A stretch of 64,000 nucleotides of DNA from Eledone cirrhosa (taxonomy: Eukaryota), in assembly GCA_964016885.1 (NCBI GenBank), contig OZ024743.1:336412001-336476000 (forward strand). The letters are read 5' to 3'. The notes beneath the pieces were generated by a model. The model ran no database searches. It was not told where the DNA came from and was given only the letters and a program-made list of their open reading frames with translations. Below, in pieces: positions 38,251 through 50,804 of the stretch (positions within the stretch are counted from its first letter, which is position 1; each line of letters opens with the position of its first letter). A program made the position numbers and the translations under genes.

Positions 38251-40107
38251 GCGGACAAAGGTGGAGCAATCGTCATCATGGACACAAACCACTACAAAGA
38301 TATGGTTCTAGCACACTTGAATGACGAAAACTTCTACAGGAAAATCACTAAAAACGAAGAAAGGAAATCGAGGAACCAAATAGGCAAACTAACAACAAAG
38401 TACCAAAACAACCTAACACCAAAAGAAGTAGATTACCTAACCAACTTCGAAATGAAAACCAGCAATTTCTATCGATTACCAAAAATTCACAAATCCATAG
38501 AAATCCAAAACAACATAAAAGGGAAAAATACATCATACATCGAAGCACCAAAACCGACAGACTTAAAATTACGCCCCATTACTGCTGGCCCAGCCTCAAG
38601 CACACAACGTCTAAGCAACCTATTAGACATCATACTCAAACCCCTATGTAAAAAAGTTCCAAGCTACATCAGAGATGATATGGAATTCCTTAACTATATC
38701 CCCCAAAAAGTAGACCAGGATACAATCCTAGTCAGTTTTGATGTAATAAGCCTGTACACTAACATCCCACACGACCTAGGGATTGAAGCTGTGGACTTCT
38801 GGATTACAAAACACTCAAGTCACATTTCAGAAAGATTCCCCAAAGAATTCATCTTGGAAGGACTTAAATTAGTATTGGAAAACAACCACTTCCTCTTTGA
38901 CAACGAACTTTATCTACAAATAAAAGGAACAGCCATGGGTACCAAAGTGGCCCCTACATATGCAATGCTCGTTATGGGTCACTTAGAGGCAAAATTATAT
39001 TCCCAACTACAGATAACATTCAGTCACGACTTCGCCTTCTACATTAATAAAAACTGGAAACGTTACCTAGATGACTGCTTCATCTTCTGGAACAGAAGCC
39101 AAACAGACCTACAAAAATTTTATTCGATCCTAAACAGGCTTCATGAAGCTATACAATTCACTATGGAATGTAACGAAAAGGAACTGCCCTTTCTAGATAT
39201 CCTCATCATTAAAGAAGGGGAAAATATCATAACGGACCTATTTTGCAAACCCACTGACACACACCAATACTTAAATTTCCGGTCAGCACACCCCTCACAT
39301 ACGAAAAGGAACTTCCCCTTCAACATGGCAAGGCGCATCTGCACTATAGCAACACACCGCGTACTACAAGAAAAAAAGATTATATGACCTGAAAAAATTC
39401 CTAAAAAAACAAGAATACCCGATGAAACTCATCAACGCAGCCATCTCCAAGTCTAAGAACATCCCAATAACAACACTGAGAAAACCAAACCCACAACATA
39501 AAAAAGAAAACCCAGCTATCTCTTTTGTCATCACTCACAACCCAGGGAACATCAACATTGTGAAAACTGCTAAGCAGTATCTCCCGATTCTACAGCAATC
39601 TACCAAAATGAATGCACTCTTAAAAAACACACAGATAATTTATAGCAGACGCCAAGCACCCAACCTTAAAAAACTAATTACCAAGGCAAAATTTACGACC
39701 AACATGGAATCAATGCAAGTGACGAAATGCGGGGACCCTAGATGTGGAACCTGTGAACTCATCGAAGAGGGCAAACAGTTGTCCTTCAAAAACCATGATA
39801 ATTTCAAGCTAACGTGAACTGCAAAACGAAAAACCTAATACATTGCGCAACATGTCCACAGTGTAAAGAGTATTACATTGGGGAAACCGGAACGGGATTA
39901 CATGATAGAGTCCGGGTACATAAACAACAAATTAAAGACCCCACAGTCAGAAATACCACATGTAGCGCACACTTTGCATCATGCGGGAAGGGAAAATTCA
40001 CGATCTTCCCTTTCTTCAAGATATGGTCGGATAACGAACATTTCCGCAAATATAAAGAAGAATTCTTCATTGAAAAATTTAAACCACTACTGAACACGAA
40101 AAAATGA
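38251..40107 (+). pseudogene. Neptune-type PLE RT + Zn finger + GIY-YIG, frameshifted
   Basis: ADKGGAIVIMD, LPKIHK, LRPI, SFDVISLYTNIP, GTAMG, RYLDDCF, PFLDI, KPTD; KCGDPRCGTC; YYIGETG; breaks near 39380 and 39815. Confidence 0.92.
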
Positions 40108-40189
40108 ATTAACACTCGGAGGTAAAATTCCATTTCACTACCCCCCCCCTCTTCTTATGTATACACATGAATATCTGAGTGAACTGTGA

Positions 40190-40589
40190 GACACACACAT
40201 ATGTGTGTGTAGGTATGTATGGATGTATGTACGTGTGGGTATATATGTATGTGGGTGTGTGTATGTGTGTGTGTGTGTATATATATGTATGGATGTGTGT
40301 ATGTTTGTATGTGTGTATATATATATATATATATATTTATGTGTGTGTATGTGTGTATATGTATGTATATGTATTTGTATATATGTGTATGTTTGTATAT
40401 ATATATGTGTATATATATGTATATATATATAGATAGATATATATGTTTATATGTGTGTGTATGTATATGTATGTACCTCTATATATATGTGTGTGTGTGT
40501 ATGTATGTACATATATGTATATATGTGTGCACATATGTGTGTTTCTGTATGTGTATATGTATGTATGTATGTAGATGTATGTATATATA

Positions 40590-40660
<71 letters not shown>

Positions 40661-40913
40661 ATATGTCTCTTTATGTGCTCGTGTGTACACATATATATAT
40701 GTATATATGTATGTGTGTATGTGTGTGTGTATGTACTTGTATGTGTATGTGTATGTGCATGTGTATATGTATGTATGTATATATATATATATATGTATAT
40801 ATATGTATGTGTATATATATATGGATATATATGTATGTGTATATGTATGTATATATGTGTATGTGTCTGTATGTGTTTATGTGTACATATATGTATATAT
40901 ATATATATGTATG

Positions 40914-40951
<38 letters not shown>

Positions 40952-41134
40952 TAATATATATATATATATATGTATGTATGTGTGTGTATGCCTCTCTCTA
41001 TATATGTATATATATATATATATATGTATGTGTGTATGTGTGTGTGGGTATGCATGTATGTGTGAACGGAGGTATATATACGGACATATGTATATGTGTG
41101 TGTGTGTGTGTGTGTGTATGTGTGTGTGTGTGTA

Positions 41135-41196
<62 letters not shown>

Positions 41197-41382
41197 CGTC
41201 TATGTGTATATATGTATATTTAGTTATGTATCTTTATGTGTGTATATGTATGTATGTGTATGTATGTATGTGTATGTATATGTATATATATAGATATATA
41301 TATATATATATATGTGTATGTGTGTGTATATATGTGTATATATGTGTTTATGTGTGTATATGTATGTGTATGTGTATATATG

Positions 41383-41417
<35 letters not shown>

Positions 41418-41530
41418 CCGCGTGGAGGTATTAGTACATATTCGTGTGTGTACGTATGTGTATATGTGTTTTTATATGTGTCTCTATATGTTTTTGTGTA
41501 TGTATATGGATGTATTTGTACATGGGTGTG
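40190..41530. repeat. Compound (TA)/(TG)/(TATG) microsatellite block (one example of many)
   Basis: Directly visible; similar blocks at 4715-5125, 6276-6490, 8400-8755, 21655-21905, 27560-27790, 35755-35935, 47900-48260. Confidence 0.95.
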
Positions 41531-42217
41531 TGATTGATGGTGTGTGCCTATATATTCCTACATATGCCCGTGTGTGTATGTACGTGTATACGCACATATG
41601 TGTGTGTTGAACAAAGGACTAATTTTGGGATGGACGTAGAAAAATTCTTCAGAAAAAAAAAAATAAATAAATAAAAAATAAAAAATAATTATTCACAAAC
41701 TTGACAGGTGCGATTTGCCTGTGACCATTCTCAACACAAAAGGAATACTAAAAGTTTTTTTCCCCTGAATAAAGGAATTTTTCGAGAATGACCGGGGCAG
41801 GCCGCACTTGCTACATTTCTTCCCACCCAACCGTACTCACCGTCTCAACTCATTACTGCTATTAACACTTTTTCAACACACCTACACCCATACACTTATT
41901 AAAGGGGGAGAAAAGAAACCCCCACCACACCACAGAGATGTTAAATCCCTATATATAGAACAACACACCACATACACATCAGTTTGACAAGCGCACCTCA
42001 GCGTGAAAGGCCGTTCTAAAAACGAAACAATACCTCCTACGTGAACCAAGAACTCCTAAGACCTAACCAACAACCAACAACTTAATGTTTTCTAATCCGG
42101 AAAAAAATTCTTTGGGGATTTTGTGAAGAAAATAAATTTGTTGAAAGCACAAGTGAAGCCATTTTTTCTTCCCCCCTGTCTTAATATACCTAACTGTACC
42201 AAGGATTACACACATTT

Positions 42218-42315
<98 letters not shown>

Positions 42316-45013
42316 GGTAAACAGAAATAACAACACAATCGGTACAGTATATGGAAGGTATATATTAGGTTAACGCTTGATATAGCAGGAAGAGGGACTT
42401 AGAGTTTCGAACGCTAGTCCTTCATCAAAAGAAAGAATGAGAAATAAAATAGATTGAGGGGACGGGTGGGTTGGAATTGGAAAAAATGTCTATAGATAAA
42501 AATAAACATGTCCATTCATGTTGACATCTCTTGCAAAACTGTTGGTGCTGGCGTTTTGTGTATGATTTGTTTTTTAGAAAAGTGGATGATGGGCGCGTCT
42601 ACCAGAAATGAAAAAAAAACAGTTTTTATAAAAATAGCTATACTTGTGCACGTGCGTAAGCATGTGTGTCTGTGTGTGTGGTGGTGATGGTGGCGGGGTG
42701 GGTGTGGGGTGGGGGTGGGGGTCATATTGTTACAATATTGCCAGAAATAATAATAAAACACTCACTATTTGGTTTGGATTGATTTTCGCTTTTGTATCTT
42801 TTATATCTCCATGGTTAATTTACCCGGCAATCAATGTTTCTTATTGATTGAACAACGGTTAAAAATACAGATGTAAATATATATATAGTCTATCAAAGCT
42901 CTTTCATCATACACGTGTGACATCATCAGTGGTACTATTATGTTTCCTCCCGTTGTATTGTAATGACTACGCCATTTTAACTTTAATTATTTATGTATTC
43001 TTGTCTGTCTCTGTTTGCTCATGCGTTTGCGTGTATTTTCTGCTTGGTGTGTGTGTTCGTGTCTGTGTCTATGTGTGTGTTGTATTCTATCTTTGTTCAT
43101 TGGTGTGTGTTTATGTGTGGTTCTTTTATTGTACTTGTGTATACATATTGTTCATCAGTTCTCTCTGCAACTCTGATTTACAGTTCTGTCTTGAAGTGTT
43201 TCTTTTCAGATAAATTAGAATTAATCAATTTAACATATTATTTATGCTTTATGTCTAGGAGTTTAACTATTCATGGATTTTTTGCTTAATTCAATCTTTG
43301 TACTTGTGTGTCCTGACACCCAAAATATCAACAGGGATGCCATAAACATTTTGTTTGAAGTCTGGTCATGAAACAACTGGTGGTGAATTAACAAGACTTT
43401 ACGGAGTGATTCAGATAGACAGTTGGACATTATTCAACCGTTTCGAAAACTGTTTTGTATTATGCTAACCTTCTAACAACTAGTTTCATGTTGGCATGTT
43501 AAAGGTAATATTTAGATTAGGCTGCATTAAAAAGTGACGGCAACAAAGATTTATTTTATCTATTTGTCATAATATTTCGGGACAAAAATCCCTTCATCCA
43601 AATATTACAATGAGAAACTCGTGCAGAGCTGTGTTGTTGTTGTTATAGACACACCATTTTCTAGTTTTATTTTTGGTAAATACGAAAGACAGGATCACAC
43701 GTCTTTCAGTATAATTTTAAATACGTCTGCGAAACATAATTTCCTGATACTTGCCGAAGTAGTGATGAAATAATTATATTAGCGCGTAAGAAAACATAAT
43801 TCTTCAGAGAATAAATAGTTCAGAGAATCCATCCACATGCAAGATAGCATTTAAGTTAGTGTCACGTAAGTAGTTAAGTTTAATAAGTAAGTGATTGAAA
43901 TTATTAAACACCCAAATTACGCTCCTTGGTATGCTTTTCTAAAGGCGTAAAAGGACACAATAACTTGGTAAGTTGACAACTGAATATCTTCAGAGATATT
44001 AGCCGTCATTGATGAAATAGGTTGTTATTTAAAGATACAGAAGTAAGGAATGTAATGTTTTAAGCATTCTATCATTTTGTCTATTTGCTTATTTAATGAA
44101 GTAGACATGAAGTCTTGTTCATGAAATGATAATTGTTTTCCTCATGGATACAAGTAAACAATCAAGAAACGATTAGAAATAGATATTATGAATAAATATT
44201 ACTCGAGAAAAGAAAACAAATAGTAATATTTCCCTGTTTTATAGATAGGTTTTATTTTATTTCCGATGGGGTGCATTTTATTATTGAATACATGAAAGGG
44301 GATGTTTTTTCTGACGATGTCAGAATACTTCAATCTTTAATTATAGTTTACTGTTCAAATATTTCATTTGATTAATTTTCTTACAGTAGAGACTTGACAT
44401 GGAATTGCCAACATTGAGTCAATAATTTACATCTTAATATATAACTTGAGTCTGCTGTCTGCCCACCAAAGGTTTAGATAATTTCATTGTATATATGGTG
44501 TATAGAAACATGACGGTACAAACTCATGATTGTTACTGCAAGATGCAATTTAGAAAATATATCACTTGATGAAAAAATAATTGAATAAAAAAAAAAAGCA
44601 TACATATGGAAATGAAGGTATGTGAAGTTGCGAGGTTTAATAGTTAGATAGTTTGGCTTGAGCGACACACTTTATGTCACGTTGCTCCAATCCGAATAGC
44701 TGTATTTTAAAGAAACAGTCTTCTCGCGTAGTTTGTAACTCTAAATCTTCCTGAAAATTACGCTAAGTTGTGAGTTTTGTTACTTTAGAGTTTGGCCTGC
44801 TTCTCTGATGATCCCGCGAGTGCATAGGCGAAGGTCCAGTGTATCAAGATTCCTGACTTAGATAAAATAAATAAATATAGTTCGGTATTAAGTACTCTTT
44901 TTTCTCGTCCGCCAACACCATACGGATATGCATATATATATATATATATATGGAGGGTCTGTTGTTTTTCTCACAGATGTGAGAAAAACCACAGACTCTC
45001 CATCTCAACTCTA

Positions 45014-45050
45014 CTTTTGAAAAGCAGAAGAACTGCGAAACCGGTAAAGG
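45014..45050 (+). ncRNA. Degenerate minimal hammerhead in a pLTR end (similar relics on the minus strand at 24181-24225, 42384-42430 and 43570-43600; plus strand at 41984-42016)
   Basis: ctt-TTGAAAA-gcag aagaa ctgc-GAAA-ccgg-TA-aag; core mutated. Confidence 0.5.
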
Positions 45051-45112
45051 AACCAAATAAATATATATATATTTTTTTTAAATAAGACTCCAGTTGCATT
45101 TTCGATTTCATC

Positions 45113-45232
<120 letters not shown>

Positions 45233-45234
45233 CT

Positions 45235-45446
45235 GTATGTATAGTATATTTGGCAATGTACTGTATGTTTAATTAAAAACACTTTGAAGACCATTCGCTA
45301 TGTAAAGTAGAGACTGTGTCACTTAATTACTCTCTGTTTTTGCCGCGAAGAATAAGTAAGTGATACTACTTTAAAACTAATAGCGAATGGTCTTCAAAAT
45401 ATTTTAAATTAAACATACGGTATATTGCCAAATATACTATACATAC
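45235..45446. repeat. Imperfect inverted repeat (~65-bp arms)
   Basis: 45235-45300 vs 45381-45446. Confidence 0.85.
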
Positions 45447-45505
45447 ATTCGTGTATACATCGCTATTTCAGAGCACCAATACTAATATTTATATATATAT
45501 ATATA

Positions 45506-45582
45506 CAGGGCGACCCCAAAAATGTATACACACTTTAACAGCATTCTAATAAATATGTGTATACATTTTTGGGGTCGCCCTG
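45506..45582. mobile_element. 77-bp Tc1/mariner-type MITE
   Basis: Perfect 27-bp TIRs cagggcgaccccaaaaatgtatacaca, TA on both flanks. Confidence 0.8.
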
Positions 45583-45802
45583 TATATAAATATATGTGTA
45601 CACATAAATAGATATATACATATATATATATATGGAAAAAATTAAATTTCATTTCTCTCTCTTAGTACGGCTGATACTTAAATATAATTATGTATACGTA
45701 CATACATATATGTATATAGACGTACACTAGTATGTATATACATACATGCACACATATATATATATATGTACGTATGGGTTTACCGAACATTTATTATAAT
45801 GC

Positions 45803-45897
<95 letters not shown>

Positions 45898-45931
45898 ATA
45901 TGCATATATATACATATAATATTCACACACA

Positions 45932-45966
<35 letters not shown>

Positions 45967-46432
45967 CCCTCTCCAAGTATAACAATAGTGACGCTATGAT
46001 ACTTCCTCATTCAAAAGACTGCTGGAATTTCAAATTTGGCGGTCATTCGATGCGTGAAGGAGCAGCTTAGCAGACACGATTTTTAACTGCGGTAAGAATT
46101 TTTTCTTATATCAAAGTTTAATGGGCTTCCACTGAAGATTTATAAGTACCCACCTAAATATATTCTTACATGAATATATGTTAGGCTTCTACATAAACTG
46201 GAAACATTCTCCCAATTTGTAGAAAACTTATAATGAAACAATTGTTTGGAAAGAGAGATATATTTTAACTTTAATTATATCTCATAAAATAATACAACTG
46301 GCTTTCCACAAAATACATATAGTTAGCACCCCAAACACTTAAATTGGGTTTATACTAACATATAACCTAATGTTTGTTGAGTGAGATGGTTACCAGTCGG
46401 AGTTTAGCTTTAAGCTATCTCTGTTATTGTAT

Positions 46433-46557
<125 letters not shown>

Positions 46558-47048
46558 ACCTATATACATATACATGCGTGACATTCACGAAAGTCAACAC
46601 ATAAACAAAATTCTGTAGACAGACTTATATAGATACGTAGAAGAGATAAAACCTGATCAAGATATAACTTCGAGAATTTTCTAGATGATTAGACAGTTTA
46701 TTCTGAAATAGGTTAAAAGGTGACAACTGCAATGTAAGACAGCAGTTTTATTTTAATTTACGTTTTTTTTTTTGTTTGTTTGTTTTTTTGTCACTTTTTA
46801 TTTTTCCATGAATTTATTTTCAGGAAGAGTTTCGTTCAATGTACAGACATAACCCATAATAACTTGGTTATGTTAACTGTATATTGTCATAATATATCTT
46901 GGCTTCAAGCCACTGGTTTCAAATAGAAGCAATGCCCTATTGACCAGTTGACAACCAGTTCTGAACTGGATACAAAGTAAAAGAGAGTCTTAATGAATCA
47001 AAGACTGTATTTTCATGTATGAATGTAAGACTGTCTATATATATGTAT

Positions 47049-47141
<93 letters not shown>

Positions 47142-47998
47142 GTGTGTAGTCGTTGGTAGGTTGGTGTCTGAGGTTACTAAAATTCAAACAGTGTAGTGAT
47201 ATACGTAAATGACACCACAACAACCTCAAATGAAATAATTATTTCGTAAGGGCACCTGTTATCTCTCCCATTCACTCACTCACTAATTCTCTCTTTCTCC
47301 CTCTACCCCCCCCCCCCCCTCTCTCTCTTTCCTTCTCTTTCTATTTACCTATCTATCTATTTGCTCTACATCAAAGGCTCTCGACGAGGGTATATGACCC
47401 CCCGGTAGCGTTTCGTAGCTCCACGGGGGGGGGGGGGGGTTATGCAGTAAGGGGGCGTTTGAAACTTTGGGGACGCTAGAAGCCCCTTTAGTTTGGTAAG
47501 TTTTAAAGTCATATTTGTACGTCTCTTAGACAGTCAGTGATTTGAATGAAGAAAACGAAGAAAATAAATAAAAGAAGCTTGTCACCGAATTCCCTAGGGA
47601 GATAAAAAAAAAATCAAAAGAAATCAAAGCGAATGAAAGTAAGGACTACTTCAACAGAAATGACAAGAAGCAATGATGGTGAACATACACACACATACAT
47701 ACATACACACACACATATATACACATACATACACACACACATATATATATACACACACAGGCCGGCGTTAGTGTTTGATGAAGTTGAGAACCTGGTCAGC
47801 TTTCAGCCAGAAGTGTGGTATTTAATCTCCCTAGGTAATAAAATCTGACCACAAAATTGTTCTCCTTACCAAAAAAAGAAGACAGATCATATCAACATCC
47901 TTACACACTTAAATATAAATGCATGTATATATACAAATGTATAAATGCATAGCTATATACATATGTAAATATATGTAGCTTTGTATGTATGTGTGTAG

Positions 47999-48119
<121 letters not shown>

Positions 48120-48181
48120 CATATATATATATATATAAATATACATATACATATATATATATAAATCTACATACATACTTA

Positions 48182-48246
<65 letters not shown>

Positions 48247-48258
48247 CTACATACATAC

Positions 48259-48867
48259 ATAGTGGCTACCAACTGGTTTTCGAGTACGGCCACTACTTTA
48301 TATCCATGTAGAAGAACCCCTACCGATGCGCTGAACGAGTGTGACCTTTTAGTCCAGCCAGCGACTTGAAAACTCTGGTACAAACACTACACTTGTGACA
48401 ATTATTGACACATAGTGCTGGGCCCTTGGTACCATGTGACGACAAGTGTAGAGAGATCTCCAGATATAAAGCAATGCCTGTGCCGTGAAGCTTTTATAGT
48501 GAGCAAAGGCACTGCACAAAGCCAGTCCCACTCTCTTAACCAAGATGATATTTGCCAAAAAGAAGAACAAGTCAATATCATTGGATACCATCAGGGTTGC
48601 AGGTGTTATATCAGAGTTTTCCTTCTAGAATTCTGCCTTGTCAAAGGCTAAGGGGTCATCTCTCCCGGTGATTTTGGATGGCCATTGACTCTTAAGAACT
48701 CCTTTCCCCTTTGACAGATTTTGTTTTTAGTCCTGCAGGATGTCCAAAGTCACCCTCCTCACCAAGAAACCTTGGTGGGGTTGCCAGTTTAGTCGCCAAC
48801 GACCCGACCATGAGACAGGTTGTACTCGGATACATGTTACCAGTAGCACCAACTGGTGACCTGACAT
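48259..48867 (-). mobile_element. ~610-bp RTE-derived non-autonomous element, copy 1
   Basis: Highly similar to 53925-54538 and 62964-63575. Confidence 0.85.
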
Positions 48868-48884
48868 TATATATATATACATAG

Positions 48885-48919
<35 letters not shown>

Positions 48920-49005
48920 CACATACATACATACATACATACATACATACATACATACATACATACATACATACATACATACATACATACATACATACAT
49001 ACATA

Positions 49006-50786
49006 GTGAGAAGGAGCAGGTTAAGACTGATAAGATACATTACCAGAAGGGCATCTTTCAGGGTGATAGCTTGTCAGTGCTACTCTTCGTTCTCTCACTG
49101 AATTCACTATCTTACCTACTCAGGAAACAAGGTGGACAAAGAAGTGGGACCAGAAGTATCTCCCATCTTTTCTTTGTTGATGACCTGAAGTTGTATGGGC
49201 CAAATATCAATGACATCAAGAAACAATTGGACCTCATTACACAATTTTCAACCGACATCAAAATGAAATTTGGTGAGTCCAAGTGTGCATATTTGGCAGT
49301 AAAACATGGAAGAGCTGTGCCCTCCTCTAGAAATCTAGAGATGAACGGCCTGACAATACAACCTCTGCAGTCAGGTGACAACTACAGATATCTTGGACAG
49401 GATGAGAATGTCAGATATGATGGACCCATAAATAAGGAGAGAACCAGAACTGAATACCTCAGAAGAGTAAAGAAAACATGGTCATCAGAACTGTCAGCAT
49501 ACAACAAATACATTGCCCACAATACTTATGCTGTGCCAATTCTAACGCCAACATTTGGCTTACTGAACTGGTCATTGCAAGAACTAAGTGAGATGGATGT
49601 TAGAACTCGAAAACTTCTCAGTGTTACTGGGAACTTTAACATCAATGGTGATGTGGATAGGCTATACTTCTCACGCAAGGAAGGTGGCCGGGGTCTAAAA
49701 TCAATATTAACAACATATGAGACCCGGATAGTGACACTGAAGCAACACCTTCAACAGAGGAAAAAGGTTGGCAACCATCTTGCCCAGGTTTATGACCATG
49801 AAAAAAGAAATATCATTAGAATAGCGACTGATCTGGAAGAGAGATATGGAATAAAGCCTGATATAAATCTCTCACCCAGAGAAATCGGAAGATCCTATTC
49901 AATGTTCAAACAAGATAAAAAAATTGACCAATTTACAGAAAAAGTTGTGCATGGATACTTGAGGCGTAAAACACAGACCATAGAGGGGATAAACCACTCA
50001 AAAAGCCTGGCATGGAGTTCCGACAAGTTTATGACATCACACCTTGAGGGATATCTCTATGCAATACAGGAACAAGAACTCCCTACCAAATATCTACTGC
50101 ACAAAAGAGGAGGGCCAGCAGCTGACAATAAATGTAGGCTATGTAAAACAAAGATCGAGGATGTAAGCCACATTGTTGCCAGCTGCGAAAGAATGTCATC
50201 TCGCTACTACCTCCCCATGAGACACGATGGGATAGCTAGAACCATCTGGAACGCACTTCGGAAAACAAAATTAACAACAAACGAGGAAGAATATATTGAG
50301 ACAGATGGCACTAAGGAATACTGGTGGAACCTGAAAATAAAAACTGCCACCAAATTAAAGCACAACCGGCCTGATATTGTAGTTTGGGACCACACATTGA
50401 AAACGTGTTCTGTTGTGGAGATCAGCTGCCCACTTGATGTAAACGTTGTCAGAAAAATACAGGAGAAGGAGGACATCTACGGACCATTGATGAGGAGTTT
50501 ACAAATCCAGTATCCAAGATACACCTTTAGCTTCATACCCATCATTATTGGTGCTACGGGTTATATACCAACCCGCTTGGACCAAAGTATGACTGAACTT
50601 GGATTTGCGGACAAAAAGCGCAGTTCCCTAATTCATAGTCTACAAATGGCTGCGATAGCTGGCACCTTCAAAATTTGCAAAACATTCTTGCGATTCAAGG
50701 GATGACAATTTCTTTTCTTTTACAACCTTGCCACCAGGAAGGTGGCCGGTCAAAAAAATATACTCAAAATTAAGAGAAAGAGAAAA
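49006..50786 (+). mobile_element. 5'-truncated R4/Dong-clade LINE in (CATA)n
   Basis: GIFQGDSLS, HLFFVDDLKLY, YRYLG, CRLC..HIVASC, RHD, HNRPDIVVWD..VEISCP; (CATA)n on both flanks. Confidence 0.92.
49071..50705 (+). CDS. R4/Dong RT C-terminal half + CCHC + restriction-like endonuclease (N-truncated, 544 aa open)
   Basis: Uninterrupted frame with the motifs listed for 49006-50786. Confidence 0.8.
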   Translation: MSVLLFVLSLNSLSYLLRKQGGQRSGTRSISHLFFVDDLKLYGPNINDIKKQLDLITQFSTDIKMKFGESKCAYLAVKHGRAVPSSRNLEMNGLTIQPLQSGDNYRYLGQDENVRYDGPINKERTRTEYLRRVKKTWSSELSAYNKYIAHNTYAVPILTPTFGLLNWSLQELSEMDVRTRKLLSVTGNFNINGDVDRLYFSRKEGGRGLKSILTTYETRIVTLKQHLQQRKKVGNHLAQVYDHEKRNIIRIATDLEERYGIKPDINLSPREIGRSYSMFKQDKKIDQFTEKVVHGYLRRKTQTIEGINHSKSLAWSSDKFMTSHLEGYLYAIQEQELPTKYLLHKRGGPAADNKCRLCKTKIEDVSHIVASCERMSSRYYLPMRHDGIARTIWNALRKTKLTTNEEEYIETDGTKEYWWNLKIKTATKLKHNRPDIVVWDHTLKTCSVVEISCPLDVNVVRKIQEKEDIYGPLMRSLQIQYPRYTFSFIPIIIGATGYIPTRLDQSMTELGFADKKRSSLIHSLQMAAIAGTFKICKTFLRFKG

Positions 50787-50804
50787 CATACATACATACA
50801 TACA

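Larger units (their letters stand above)
36491..42220 (+). mobile_element. 5'-truncated Neptune-type PLE with 3' pLTR (41532-42182) and about 2.6 tandem inverted pLTR copies (36491-38254)
   Basis: Units start near 36495, 37168 and 37842 (period ~674) and are reverse complements of 41532-42182; the third unit joins the RT at gcgg|acaaaggt. Confidence 0.92.

Noticed and set aside
36491-38254. CRISPR array or prokaryotic system
   Set aside because: Repeats are long pLTR units without spacers; no cas genes or operons anywhere in the window
44805-44850. CTGATGA...CGAA as a hammerhead
   Set aside because: Helices do not pair convincingly and GAAA is absent
47780-47800. gttgagaacctg as the right TIR of a short MITE starting at 47372
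   Set aside because: No matching TSD there; the TSD matches at 61367 instead
48349-48651. Recurring ~80-aa ORFs (MVSNDIDLFFF..., MLGPWYHV...) as a small gene family
   Set aside because: They recur only because the 610-bp element is repeated; no sign of coding constraint
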